Assembly (NCBI GenBank): GCA_040776945.1
Contig: JAXGZN010000001.1
Span: forward strand, 896,001-960,000
Direction of reading: 5' to 3'
Length of the DNA: 64,000 bases
Origin: Methanomassiliicoccaceae archaeon
GTDB lineage: Archaea; Thermoplasmatota; Thermoplasmata; Methanomassiliicoccales; Methanomassiliicoccaceae
Shown here: positions 8,974 through 18,552 of the stretch, piece after piece
Position numbering within the stretch: the stretch's first letter is position 1
Layout: every line of letters starts with the position of its first letter
Made by a program: the position numbers and the translations under genes
The notes under the pieces: generated by a model
Told to the model about the DNA's origin: nothing
Databases searched by the model: none
The model's input: the letters and a program-made list of their open reading frames with translations, nothing else

Positions 8974-10050
8974 ATGAGCGGCAGCATCAGCGCGGTCATA
9001 CTGGCCGGCGGAGAGGGCACCAGGCTGCGCCCTCTTACCAACACAAGGCCCAAGCCCCTGCTACCCATCCTCGGCAGGCCATGCGTCGAGTACGTGATCC
9101 GCTCGCTGGCGGACGCTGACGTGGACCGGGCGTACCTTACCTGCGGTTACCGCTCCCAGGACATGGTTGACCAGCTCGGGGACGGGAGGCAGTTCGGCCT
9201 GGACATGCGCTTCGCCTTCGAGGAGTGCCCGGCCGGCACCGCCGGAGCGGTCAAGCTGCTGGAGGAGGAGCTGGACGGCACCGTCGTGGTCGTCAGCGGG
9301 GATGTCCTGGCGGACGTGGACATACGCTCCCTGGTGGCCATGCATCGCCGCAAGGGCGCCCTGGCGACGATGGCGCTGACCACCGTGGACCGGCCGGAGG
9401 AGTTCGGCATCGTGGGCCTGGACGACGATGGCCGTATATTCCGCTTCAAGGAGAAGCCCAGGACCGAGGAGGTGTTCTCCAACCTTATCAACGCCGGCAT
9501 ATACGTCCTTGAGAAGAGGGCGCTGGGCGATATCCCTGCTGGAGAGAAATATGATTTCTCCAAACAGCTGTACCCCAAGCTCTTGGAGCGCGGCGAGCCG
9601 CTATACGGCATGCCCCTCTCGGGGCTTTGGAAGGACATTGGGAGGCCGCGCGACCTTCTGGACGCGAACCTTAGGATGGCCGAGAGGAAAGGGATGCAGA
9701 TCAGCGTTCCTGGGGCCGTATGCTCCGGCAGGATAGTCGCGTCATCGTTCCACGCCCTGGGCTGCGATATAGCCGGTCCGGCCTTCATCGGCGAGGGCGC
9801 GGTCATAGGGCCCCGCGCCCGGCTGTCCAGCTGCGCCGTTGGCGATCGCACGGAGGTCGGCGCCAGCGCTCTTATAGACGACTCGTTCGTAATGGACGGC
9901 TGTTCGCTGGGCGATGGCAGCGTCGTCCGCGGCAGCTTGGTGGGCAGAGGATGCCGCATCGGGAGGGGCGTCCAGGTGATCAGCTCGGTGCTCGGGGACG
10001 GCATCGTCCTGGAGGGAGAGCAGAGGGTGGAGGGGCGCACCATCGAATGA
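8974..10050 (+). CDS. Sugar-1-phosphate nucleotidyltransferase (mannose-1-P guanylyltransferase-like) with left-handed beta-helix
   Basis: LAGGEGTRLRPLT..RPKPL, GTAGA, SGDV, FKEKP, INAGIY, WKDIG and C-terminal hexapeptide repeats. Confidence 0.9.
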   Translation: MSGSISAVILAGGEGTRLRPLTNTRPKPLLPILGRPCVEYVIRSLADADVDRAYLTCGYRSQDMVDQLGDGRQFGLDMRFAFEECPAGTAGAVKLLEEELDGTVVVVSGDVLADVDIRSLVAMHRRKGALATMALTTVDRPEEFGIVGLDDDGRIFRFKEKPRTEEVFSNLINAGIYVLEKRALGDIPAGEKYDFSKQLYPKLLERGEPLYGMPLSGLWKDIGRPRDLLDANLRMAERKGMQISVPGAVCSGRIVASSFHALGCDIAGPAFIGEGAVIGPRARLSSCAVGDRTEVGASALIDDSFVMDGCSLGDGSVVRGSLVGRGCRIGRGVQVISSVLGDGIVLEGEQRVEGRTIE

Positions 10051-10223
10051 TGCGGCCAATAAGGCCTGCCCCCTGCGGGATATGGCCGGCGTGGGCCGAT
10101 CGCCCAATGGTGTGATCGGTTCTCGACGTCATGGCGCTGCCCGCCGAAACGTCCTCATGCCCGCTTTCCCTGGAAGAGCCTCGCCCGCACATAATTGAAA
10201 TAGGTTGAGCCAGATAGCGGCGC

Positions 10224-11135
10224 GTGAAGGCACCCCTGGGCATAAGCGAGCTATATCTCATCCTCTCCGGGGTGCTGTGGGGCACCTCGTTCTCGGCGAT
10301 AAAGATCGCCCTGAACGAGGAGGCTGACCCGGTGCTCATCGCTCTCCTGAGGTTCATCGTGGCCACAGCCATCATCCTGCCCGTGGCGTTCTGGGCCAAG
10401 AGGCTGGACCTCAAGATGCTAATCTATCCGCCGATAGTGGTCAACGCCTTCCTAAACGCGTTGAGCTTCGCCATCCAGAACGCTGGCATGGCCTCCACCT
10501 CCGCGACGAACTCGGTCCTCCTGGTCAACACCAACGTGGGCCTGGTCGCCATCTTGGCCGCGATCTTCCTGGCCGAGGCGATAACGCCTCGCATCGTGGC
10601 CGGCATATTCATCGGCCTGCTGGGAGTGCTGTTCATCTCCACCGGGGGGGACCTGTCGGCAATATACAGCGGCACCTTCTGGGGCAACGTGCTGGTACTG
10701 ACGGCAGGCTGGGTATGGGCGTTCTATATCGTCCTCCAGAAGAAGATACTGGGCCGCAAGACCGATGTGCTGATGGTCACCGCGGCCATAATGGCGGACA
10801 CAATGCTCTTCCTTATCCCTATGACCCTGCTGTTCACCACCAACTACTCTATACCAGGGACAGGATGGGTCGCGGTGATATACATCGGCCTGGTGTGCAC
10901 CTTCGCTGCGAACCTGCTGTACAATGCTGGGCTTAAGGGCGTAAAGGCCAGCGTGTCCTCCGTGATCCTCCTCATCGAGGTGGTCTCCGGCATGTTCTTC
11001 GCAGTTCTCTTCTTGAGGGAGATCCCCACCGCGGTCACGGCGGCAGGGGGTGCCCTGATACTGATATCGATCCTCATTATCTCGTTCTCCAACGGGAGGA
11101 ATGGGAAGACCGAGGCAGGCACCTCTAGGACCTGA
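10224..11135 (+). CDS. DMT/EamA family transporter
   Basis: LWGTSF..IK, LRF motif, two repeats of about five hydrophobic helices, FL.E motifs. Confidence 0.9.
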   Translation: MKAPLGISELYLILSGVLWGTSFSAIKIALNEEADPVLIALLRFIVATAIILPVAFWAKRLDLKMLIYPPIVVNAFLNALSFAIQNAGMASTSATNSVLLVNTNVGLVAILAAIFLAEAITPRIVAGIFIGLLGVLFISTGGDLSAIYSGTFWGNVLVLTAGWVWAFYIVLQKKILGRKTDVLMVTAAIMADTMLFLIPMTLLFTTNYSIPGTGWVAVIYIGLVCTFAANLLYNAGLKGVKASVSSVILLIEVVSGMFFAVLFLREIPTAVTAAGGALILISILIISFSNGRNGKTEAGTSRT

Positions 11136-11520
11136 ACCTTTCCAGGACCTCCTTGGCCCGTTCGGGCTCATTGACCGTCAGAGCTATCTCCTCCACACTA
11201 GAGCCGCGGTGCCCCAGTATGTAAAGGGATTCGATGTTTATGCCCGCCTTGGACAGGTGCTTGGCCACCTTGGCAAGCTCTCCCGGTCGGTCCGAAAGAG
11301 CGACGACCTCGACCTCTCTCTCCACGAACTCCAGCTTGGCCGCCTTCAGAGCGCTTCGGGCGCTCGCCTCATCGTCGGTGACCACTCGGACCATCGGCCT
11401 GGACGATCCAAGGTCGGTCGATATCCCGCGGATGTTGACCGAGTTCCTCGACAGTACCTCGGCGATCCACGCTATATCTCCGGGCTTGTTCTGGACATAG
11501 ACCTCGAACTCTTGCGTCAT
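11125..11520 (-). CDS. Tandem ACT-domain protein
   Basis: NKPGDIA...NSVNI and DRPGELA...AGINIESLY. Confidence 0.9.
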   Translation of the reverse strand: MTQEFEVYVQNKPGDIAWIAEVLSRNSVNIRGISTDLGSSRPMVRVVTDDEASARSALKAAKLEFVEREVEVVALSDRPGELAKVAKHLSKAGINIESLYILGHRGSSVEEIALTVNEPERAKEVLERFRS

Positions 11521-11623
11521 CGTTCCTTTAATTGTTCGGGGGCGCTATTAAACTACGTCATGATAAAGGGATGAGTATGGGGGTTCCCTCAGGTTTCTGC
11601 GAAAATCGCCACCTCAAGGCGGC

Positions 11624-12637
11624 TCATGCCGGGTAGGCCGGGACACATACCACCTTGAACCCGCCATACGCGTCATTATTGGAAATAAGGCCGCAGCACA
11701 CGTAGCCGCTGCCAGCGAGCGGAAGGACCATGCTTCCGCTGAGGTCGGCACGCGTCTCGGGCAAGACCTCGAACCGCATGTTGCCCGACCACCACGGGAC
11801 GTTCAGGAGGACGATCCTAATGATGTCCCAGGCCAGGACCTCCTCTCCGGTGGCCAAGGGAGGAGGCAGCATATCGCCGGCGACCAGAAGGAGCGAACCA
11901 TTACCAAGGGCGATGACACCGGCCGTGGCCAAGGGCTCGCCTCGGTCGAACTCGTACCCTATGGACCTGCCGCCTTCCGCCTCCAGGTCGCCAAGACGGA
12001 ACAGCGAGGACGGCGCAACATATCTCAGCCCAAGAGCTTTGGCCATGGGCGTGGCGCTCACCCCCGCTCCACCGTCGTATTCCGCCTCCATGAAGTCGAT
12101 GCTCATCGTAGCGTTAGGCCGCCCGGAATCGGTCGAGGAGCGCACAAAGGGCACCGAGCCTGCACCGATGCCGACCCACAGCCCCCCACTCTTCACCCAT
12201 TCCAACGCCGGGTAGCTGTAGTAGTCGGGCAGGTATGCCCCTGGCCCCACCACCAAGGTTGCCTGGGGGTCGGAGAACACATCGGGCAGGCCGTCGGTGC
12301 CGATCACGGTGGCCTGGACGCTGCTGCCATATAAAGGCAGCTCGTTGTTGAAGTGGTCGGCCATGCGCTGCAGGCTCACCTTCACCCTGAAGTCCAGTCC
12401 TTCGTTGATGAGCACGTGAACAGGGCCCTGGTGGACCCTGCTTACTTCTAGGGCCACGGATGTCAAGTTCCTCATGTATCGGCCCCCGGCCACGCTATAT
12501 TCCATCGTCGCTTCGCCATCCTTCACCCCGATGGTGATGTCCATGCCGTCATTGACAGAGCGAGGGACGAAGACCATGCTGGACACGGCAAGGTAGGCCA
12601 CAGCAAGGGCCAGGGCCACCGCCAGCTTATTCCGCAC
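11624..12637 (-). CDS. Membrane-anchored extracytoplasmic hypothetical protein, coupled to the GT87-like gene
   Basis: Single N-terminal hydrophobic helix; WVKSGGLWVGIG resembles class-I glutamine-amidotransferase-like folds; GTG start overlaps the upstream stop by 11 bp. Confidence 0.7.
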   Translation of the reverse strand: MRNKLAVALALAVAYLAVSSMVFVPRSVNDGMDITIGVKDGEATMEYSVAGGRYMRNLTSVALEVSRVHQGPVHVLINEGLDFRVKVSLQRMADHFNNELPLYGSSVQATVIGTDGLPDVFSDPQATLVVGPGAYLPDYYSYPALEWVKSGGLWVGIGAGSVPFVRSSTDSGRPNATMSIDFMEAEYDGGAGVSATPMAKALGLRYVAPSSLFRLGDLEAEGGRSIGYEFDRGEPLATAGVIALGNGSLLLVAGDMLPPPLATGEEVLAWDIIRIVLLNVPWWSGNMRFEVLPETRADLSGSMVLPLAGSGYVCCGLISNNDAYGGFKVVCVPAYPA

Positions 12638-14048
12638 GGCCCCGCCTCCTTAACCGTTCCTGCAGCCGATATAACGGGTCGAAGCTCTGAGGGAGCAAGG
12701 CGGTGACCATGGCCGCCACCCCCATGAGCGTGGGCACGATCCTGCTTCCCTCGGAGCCCAGGCCGCTGGGGCTCAAGTAATATTCGACGACCGCCCGATC
12801 GATCGTCCCTATCGGGACCGCTCCAGTGAAAGCGGCCAGCGGATAGAAGAAGGCGAGGTAGGACTGGAGGCCGAGCCAGAATACCACTCCAGCGATGGAC
12901 ATCAAGGCCATCTTAAGCTCGAACCGGCCCTCGTAAATCGAGCAGAGGAGCACGAACGGCAGCGCCCATAGAATATAATGGGCGTGGGTGATGGACTGGA
13001 ACAGCAATAAAATGGTGAACACGGTCATGGAGCCGAACAGCAACCGTCTATCGTTCGATTCCTTGGAGCCCTTGAGCATCGCAAAGACGTAGATGAGGAT
13101 GAGGAACAGTATGGCGATGAGCAGGTAGTTCGATACAACCGTTACCCCGGAGACAGCGGAGTCGGGGAGCCTTCCACCGCCGAGCAGCGCGTTGACATTG
13201 CGCATCAGCCCCCACACGTTGACGCCCCCCATATCGGTAGTGCCCATCCTGCCGGTGAGGAAGACCATGATGGACGGATCAGCGGCGATCGTGATCAGGA
13301 TGCTGGAGACCCCTAGGGACCCCCCTGCGACGTAGCCCCCCAGGTTCCTCAGGTTGGGCAATATGCGGGTCGAGTTCCGCCATTCGGCGACCGCCAATCC
13401 GAACAGGTATGCGAAGTAGAACAGTCCGAGGTACATGGGGAACAGCTTGAACGCCACCCCCAGGCCGATGGCGAGACCTGCGCTGAAGAACTTCGCCTTG
13501 AGCATCGAGTACAGCGAGAGAACTGAGAACAGCACTGCCAGCACATCGAAATTGCCGTAAATGCTGGAGATGAAGATCACCAGCGGGTTCAAGAACCAAA
13601 GGATGAACACCCTTCGGGCAGTACCGGCATCCCTGACCATGGCGACAAATCGGTACAGGACCACGCCAGTTAGGTAATCCGCCAGTATCAATGGTGTCTT
13701 GAACGCCAGATTGAATGCTGGGTGAGTGACCACGGGATTTACCATTCCGGTGACCTGGCCGACGTAGACGAGGGAGGGCTGAAAGGAGGCCCACAATGAT
13801 GGGTCGACGAACAGTGAGAGGAGCCATGCAAAGGGAAGTGCTATGAAGACGAAGCCAGGAGGGTAGGAGTATGCCATGTGCCCGTAGGGCCCCAGTCCAG
13901 CCAAGGTATCCACCACTCCCTGGTAGAACGGGTACGTATCGTAGGTCCAGGATGTCCAGGGGGACATCGCCAATCGTATCCCAAATCCGATGATGACGAC
14001 CCATGCCAGTCGGCGGTCGGGGAATAGGGCGCCGAGGATATCCGCCAT
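12627..14048 (-). CDS. GT-C fold membrane glycosyltransferase, GT87/PIG-M-like
   Basis: Polytopic; first-loop acidic WTYD, YSYPP, FKTPLILAD, LWFLNPLVIFISSIYGNFD, AFKLFP and Y-x-L-W motifs. Confidence 0.8.
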   Translation of the reverse strand: MADILGALFPDRRLAWVVIIGFGIRLAMSPWTSWTYDTYPFYQGVVDTLAGLGPYGHMAYSYPPGFVFIALPFAWLLSLFVDPSLWASFQPSLVYVGQVTGMVNPVVTHPAFNLAFKTPLILADYLTGVVLYRFVAMVRDAGTARRVFILWFLNPLVIFISSIYGNFDVLAVLFSVLSLYSMLKAKFFSAGLAIGLGVAFKLFPMYLGLFYFAYLFGLAVAEWRNSTRILPNLRNLGGYVAGGSLGVSSILITIAADPSIMVFLTGRMGTTDMGGVNVWGLMRNVNALLGGGRLPDSAVSGVTVVSNYLLIAILFLILIYVFAMLKGSKESNDRRLLFGSMTVFTILLLFQSITHAHYILWALPFVLLCSIYEGRFELKMALMSIAGVVFWLGLQSYLAFFYPLAAFTGAVPIGTIDRAVVEYYLSPSGLGSEGSRIVPTLMGVAAMVTALLPQSFDPLYRLQERLRRRGRAE

Positions 14049-14142
14049 TCGGCCCCTCGTGTTGATGCTAGACAGGTGAAGACCGTCCTTTCCCCCTCAA
14101 CTGCCCGAAGGATAGATATATGAAACGGTTCCCGGCCGTCCC

Positions 14143-14970
14143 TCAGGTCAGAACGATGATGACGCCCAACAGCGCCACCAAGGTGAGGAGGGCCACCTGA
14201 CCGGAGCGGTTGAGGAACACGCGATCAGCGACGTAGGCCGCTCCCTTACCTAGCGTGCCGCACTGTCTCAAGATAGATGTTATGATGGTCGGAGAAAGTT
14301 TCGATGCCCCGCTGGCACGGTCCCCGAACAAATAGGGGATCTCCCTCACTGAGGTGCTTCGGGGAGCGAACTTGAGGAGGTCGAACAGCACCTTGAACCC
14401 CCTCCTCTCGAACTCGCCGCCATGCGTAGATGCGATCTCCTGGCACTCGCCAGTCCTCGCCCCGAAGAGGCCGCTCATGATGTCCCCCGGGTGAGGTCGG
14501 CGATGAGCGCGCAAATAGGTGTGGGCCAGGAACTGGGCCGCATCCGAGGAGAGACGTCTTCTCCAGTTCAGGGCCTCCTTGTGCTGCCTCCTTCCTACGA
14601 CCATATCAGCTCCACCCTCAAGGGCGGACATGATGTCTGCTAGGACCTCAGGAGGGTGCTGGAAGTCGGCATCCATCACTATGAAGTACGGTGTAGTGAC
14701 ACGGCCGATGCCTTCCATCACCGCCGCAGTAAGCCCGCGGTCCTCTGGGGCCCTGACAAAGAGACGGACAGCACGTTCCCGGGCCGCGATCGAGGAGACG
14801 ACGTCGATCGTCCCGTCCCGGGAATTGTCGTCCATGACCAATACTTGGATTCCAGGATAAAGTGCGAGAAGGCGCGCTATCATTCTTTCTATGTTGCAGA
14901 CCTCGTCGTAGGTCGGGATGATCACCGAGAAAAGGGAGTTTTGGGCTGGCCGTGCAACCAACGGAACCAC
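14143..14970 (-). CDS. GT2 polyprenol/dolichol-phosphate-mannose synthase-like enzyme with C-terminal TM helix
   Basis: IIPTYDE, MDDNSRDGT, RGLTAAVMEG, MDADFQHPPE, DIMSGLF, GFKVL, F.DR..G.SKL. Confidence 0.88.
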   Translation of the reverse strand: MVPLVARPAQNSLFSVIIPTYDEVCNIERMIARLLALYPGIQVLVMDDNSRDGTIDVVSSIAARERAVRLFVRAPEDRGLTAAVMEGIGRVTTPYFIVMDADFQHPPEVLADIMSALEGGADMVVGRRQHKEALNWRRRLSSDAAQFLAHTYLRAHRRPHPGDIMSGLFGARTGECQEIASTHGGEFERRGFKVLFDLLKFAPRSTSVREIPYLFGDRASGASKLSPTIITSILRQCGTLGKGAAYVADRVFLNRSGQVALLTLVALLGVIIVLT

Positions 14971-15207
14971 CTTCCTGACCTTTACAGATTGTCGTTATAT
15001 ATCCTTTTCCATAATTTTCGGGGACATTTTTCTCACTGGCCCATACTGCTGGCGCTTCTATCTCTATTCGTTCGTACTGAATGATTGTCTCGCAATGGAG
15101 ATAATACTATCTCATTTGATAATCATTTGAGTGGGATCGGAATCGAACCAGGTCGGTCGGGAAGCATTATCTATGGCGCATACTTTGCAAGGCTCCAGGT
15201 GGTACGT

Positions 15208-16278
15208 GTGCGGGTCGCGGTCCTGTGCCGGAAGCTCGATGGGAAGCCTACAAACGGTTTCGAACGGTACTCACACAATCTGGTCTCCGGCCTGAGGGAA
15301 GGGGGCTTGCCCCCCTTGCTCCCGAACCAGGAGGCCGCTCTAGCTGTAAGGCCGTCGGGGTCCCTGATCAGCCCTCCGTTCTATGACATCCTGTTCCCCT
15401 TATGGCAGCTCGTAAGGGGACGCATGAGGGCGGACATATATCACGCGGTGACCGACTCCCAAGCCATCATATTTCCATGGCTGAAGGGGAAGAAGGTGGT
15501 AACTATGCACCATGTGGACAAGACCCCTCCAGACTCGATACCCGAGGCGGTCTTCCGGGCTTTTTATCATCTAGGCACCAAGATGGCCCTGCGTCAGGCC
15601 GACAGGCTGATCTGCATATCCTCTCAGACCAAGAAGGAGGTCATGGAATCGTACAAGGTTCCCGAGGACAAGATAGTCCTGGTCTCTCAAGCGATCCCCG
15701 GGTCCTTTCGACCAATGCCCGAGGTGCCCAAGGAAGGGACCGTAGGTTATATAGGGGCGTTGAAGAAAAGAAAGAACGTCGAGCTTCTTGTCCACGCCTT
15801 TGCCATATATTCAAGGAGGCCGGGAGCTGCCCCGCTAAGGCTGAACATCTATGGAGGTGGAACCGACCTTCCTTATCTAAAGGCCCTCGCATCGGAACTG
15901 GGTGTGTCAGACATCGTGGACTTTAGAGGTCCGATCGAGGAAGAGCTTCTCGTCAAGACCTATAACTCGTTCTCGCTCTTCGTCCTGCCGAGCCTACAAG
16001 AGGGGTTCGGGTTCCCGATAATAGAGGCCCAGGCCTGCGGCGTACCGGTACTCACGTTGAGAGGCGCCCTTATCCCGGAGGAGGTGGCCAGGTTCACCAT
16101 CAAGTGTTCTGACGAAGAGGACATGGCCGAGCAGATGGACAGGCTGATGAAGGACAAAGGGCTTCGAGAAAGAACAATATCGGACGGCATAAGGCACGCG
16201 GCCGAGTTCTCGATAGAGGAGATGGGCCTGCGGACCAGGTCAGTATACGAATCGCTCTATGGCCAAGGGAGGTCCTGA
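15208..16278 (+). CDS. GT4 glycosyltransferase
   Basis: GTG 15208 after SD AGGTGG (MRVAVLC); YIGAL..RKNV, FVLPSLQEGFGFPIIEAQACGVPV (EX7E). Confidence 0.9.
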   Translation: MRVAVLCRKLDGKPTNGFERYSHNLVSGLREGGLPPLLPNQEAALAVRPSGSLISPPFYDILFPLWQLVRGRMRADIYHAVTDSQAIIFPWLKGKKVVTMHHVDKTPPDSIPEAVFRAFYHLGTKMALRQADRLICISSQTKKEVMESYKVPEDKIVLVSQAIPGSFRPMPEVPKEGTVGYIGALKKRKNVELLVHAFAIYSRRPGAAPLRLNIYGGGTDLPYLKALASELGVSDIVDFRGPIEEELLVKTYNSFSLFVLPSLQEGFGFPIIEAQACGVPVLTLRGALIPEEVARFTIKCSDEEDMAEQMDRLMKDKGLRERTISDGIRHAAEFSIEEMGLRTRSVYESLYGQGRS

Positions 16279-17159
16279 TCGGACGTCGCAGCGATGATGT
16301 TCGAAGGCCGGCCTTTGAGAGGTCGGGACGCATAGGCCCTGTGGCGGTTATAGATGTCAACGGTCTCCAAGTAGATGCTCTTCACCGACCGGAAACCTAT
16401 GCGGCCTCCCAAGGGGCGGCTGAAATCAAGCTCGATAGGCGCTTCAACGATCTTGAACCCATCAGCATCGGCGTTGACCAACAGCTCGAGGTCAAAGGCG
16501 TAGCGGTTGACCTTGCTCTTGGAGATCTCCCTATCGATGACCTCGCGCTTCACCAGCTTGAACCCAGGTTGGGTGTCAGTTAGCCGCAAACCGAACAGGG
16601 TCCTGACCATTATATGATACCCAAAGCTCAACAGCTTCCTCTTAAGGGGGTAGAACACCTTGGACTCTGGATGCCTCTTGGAACCTATCACCATGTCCGC
16701 CCCGGTGCTTTCCATGACGCTGATGAACGTCGAGGCATGTCGAGGATGTATCTCGAGGTCCGCGTCCATGAACATGATAAGGTCGCCTCTGGCCCTCAAG
16801 GCCCCAACCCTCAGAGCGTTCCCCTTGCCTACGTTCTTGCTGTAGGTGACAGGAACGATCTCGGGGTGAGCGACCGCCAGCTTCATCAGCTCAGTTGAGG
16901 TATGATCGCTGGACCCATCGTTCACCGCGATTATCTCGAACGGGCGATTAAGTTCGGAGAGGGTGGTCACACACTCCTCCAGATTCTTGTATATGCGCTC
17001 TCCTTCGTTATAGCAAGGAACTATGACCGACAGAAAGTTGCGATATCGGCGGCGGTCCCTTGCGATGGGCACGTGCATAGCGTTGGATGGAACTGCAAGA
17101 AAAATCTTCTGTTCCGTTGAAATGGCGTCATGTTCCATTATCATATATGAAACGTCCAT
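16257..17159 (-). CDS. GT2 dolichyl-phosphate hexose synthase-like glycosyltransferase
   Basis: VIVPCYNE, VNDGSSDHT, NVGKGNAL, FMDADL, GSKRHPES, DTQPGFK, YAFDLELL. Start uncertain. Confidence 0.88.
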   Translation of the reverse strand: MDVSYMIMEHDAISTEQKIFLAVPSNAMHVPIARDRRRYRNFLSVIVPCYNEGERIYKNLEECVTTLSELNRPFEIIAVNDGSSDHTSTELMKLAVAHPEIVPVTYSKNVGKGNALRVGALRARGDLIMFMDADLEIHPRHASTFISVMESTGADMVIGSKRHPESKVFYPLKRKLLSFGYHIMVRTLFGLRLTDTQPGFKLVKREVIDREISKSKVNRYAFDLELLVNADADGFKIVEAPIELDFSRPLGGRIGFRSVKSIYLETVDIYNRHRAYASRPLKGRPSNIIAATSDQDLPWP

Positions 17160-17253
17160 CGAATTGTCCGATTTTAGATACCTATAGGTTTAATGACTTA
17201 AAGTTTATGTCTACCATTATAAATCAATGATTTCATTAAGAAGACGCTCCCTC

Positions 17254-18318
17254 TCATCGGAGCACCTTTTCGAACTCAGCAGCACTGGCATCCCAATCAA
17301 ATCTCCTTGACCACTTCAATGCGTTCTCGCTCAGCTCCGTCCTGAGGCGTCCATCGCATATCAATCGCTCCATCTCCCTTGCCATGGCGAGGGGGGCGGT
17401 CCCTGATAGAAGGCCATTGTGGCCGTTCTGTATGGAGTCCCTGAGCCCGGGAATGTCGTAGCCCACGGCAGGTGTTCCGACGGCGTTGGAGTCGGTCACA
17501 ACCTGCCCCCAACCTTCTCGGATACCCGGCACAGCGATGATCCACGACCTTGCCACGATCGCGTCCTTTGACGCCTTATCAAGGTATCCAGTGAACTCGA
17601 CGTCCGGATAGGCCTTTACCAGGTCGTTCCTGAGCTCACCATCGCCTATCACCGTCAGGCGCAGGTCAGGGTATCTCTGCTTCAGCAGTCGATATGCCTT
17701 TAACGCCTCCTCTGGCCTCTTCGTGCTCTTCAGGCGCCCGACCACCACCACGGAGGGATGTGCGGTCTTATCTGGCACCCGTTCCAGGACCTTCGTATTG
17801 ATACCGTTCGGCACGACCCGGACGTCTCTGAACCCAAGCGCGAGGAGGTCCTTCCTTGTCGATTCGGACACCGTCACCGTTAGGACATCACGATATCTCC
17901 TCAACCAACGGTCCTCAAGGAAGCGGTTCCCGACCCAGGCCAATGGGTATGGAAGCTCGTAGAACCAGAACTCCCGGGCAAGCTGGTGGATCAGGGCCAC
18001 CAGGCGCTCTCCCCGGTCCACGCAGCGTGGCATCATGAAAGGGACCGTGTTGATCTCATCAATGATCACGTCCCATCTCTCTTTCGAACCTTTGTAGAAG
18101 GCCCTGGCCTTGCGATACACACTGAACCGGTCACCATCCCGTACCACTCGGACGCCCTCGATGACCTCTTCTGGCAGGCATCCGGGGAAGGCGCTCGAAA
18201 AAACAGTGACCTCATGTCCTCTTTGGTGCAGTCTGCTCATTATCTGCTGAGTGTACCACTCTGCCCCACCGCCTGCTGGATTGCGTATATCGCGCCAATT
18301 GAAGCACAGAACCCTGAT
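17254..18318 (-). CDS. GT4 glycosyltransferase, probable non-canonical ATC start
   Basis: Frame is open 26 codons upstream of ATG 18240 and encodes the family N-terminus IRVLCFNWRDIRNPAGGGAE; REGWGQVVTDSNAVGTP...PGLRDS in the C-terminal domain. Confidence 0.88.
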   Translation of the reverse strand: MRVLCFNWRDIRNPAGGGAEWYTQQIMSRLHQRGHEVTVFSSAFPGCLPEEVIEGVRVVRDGDRFSVYRKARAFYKGSKERWDVIIDEINTVPFMMPRCVDRGERLVALIHQLAREFWFYELPYPLAWVGNRFLEDRWLRRYRDVLTVTVSESTRKDLLALGFRDVRVVPNGINTKVLERVPDKTAHPSVVVVGRLKSTKRPEEALKAYRLLKQRYPDLRLTVIGDGELRNDLVKAYPDVEFTGYLDKASKDAIVARSWIIAVPGIREGWGQVVTDSNAVGTPAVGYDIPGLRDSIQNGHNGLLSGTAPLAMAREMERLICDGRLRTELSENALKWSRRFDWDASAAEFEKVLR

Positions 18319-18552
18319 GAGCGCCCACCTTCGGGTCGGATTGGATTATGCACTATATGGTTTTCGGTCGCCCGGAGCTGTTCGTTAGACTTACCGGCCG
18401 TCATAGATCTCCTGAAGGTCCGTTCTCCATCTGCGGCCGGGGCCGCGGTGAGATATGATGCCATATTCGCCGCGCGGTCCTGCCCTTAAGTTGATATATG
18501 CCTACGCCAGTGGTCTCCTCTCGGAGGAACCGTCGCCAGGAGAGGTAATGCA

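Noticed and set aside
15128-15152. tRNA 3'-end-like string on the minus strand (GGTTCGATTCC...CCCACTCA)
   Set aside because: The T-stem pairs at only 3 of 5 positions and there is no matching acceptor 5' strand, D arm or anticodon arm; cannot be supported as a tRNA or att site.
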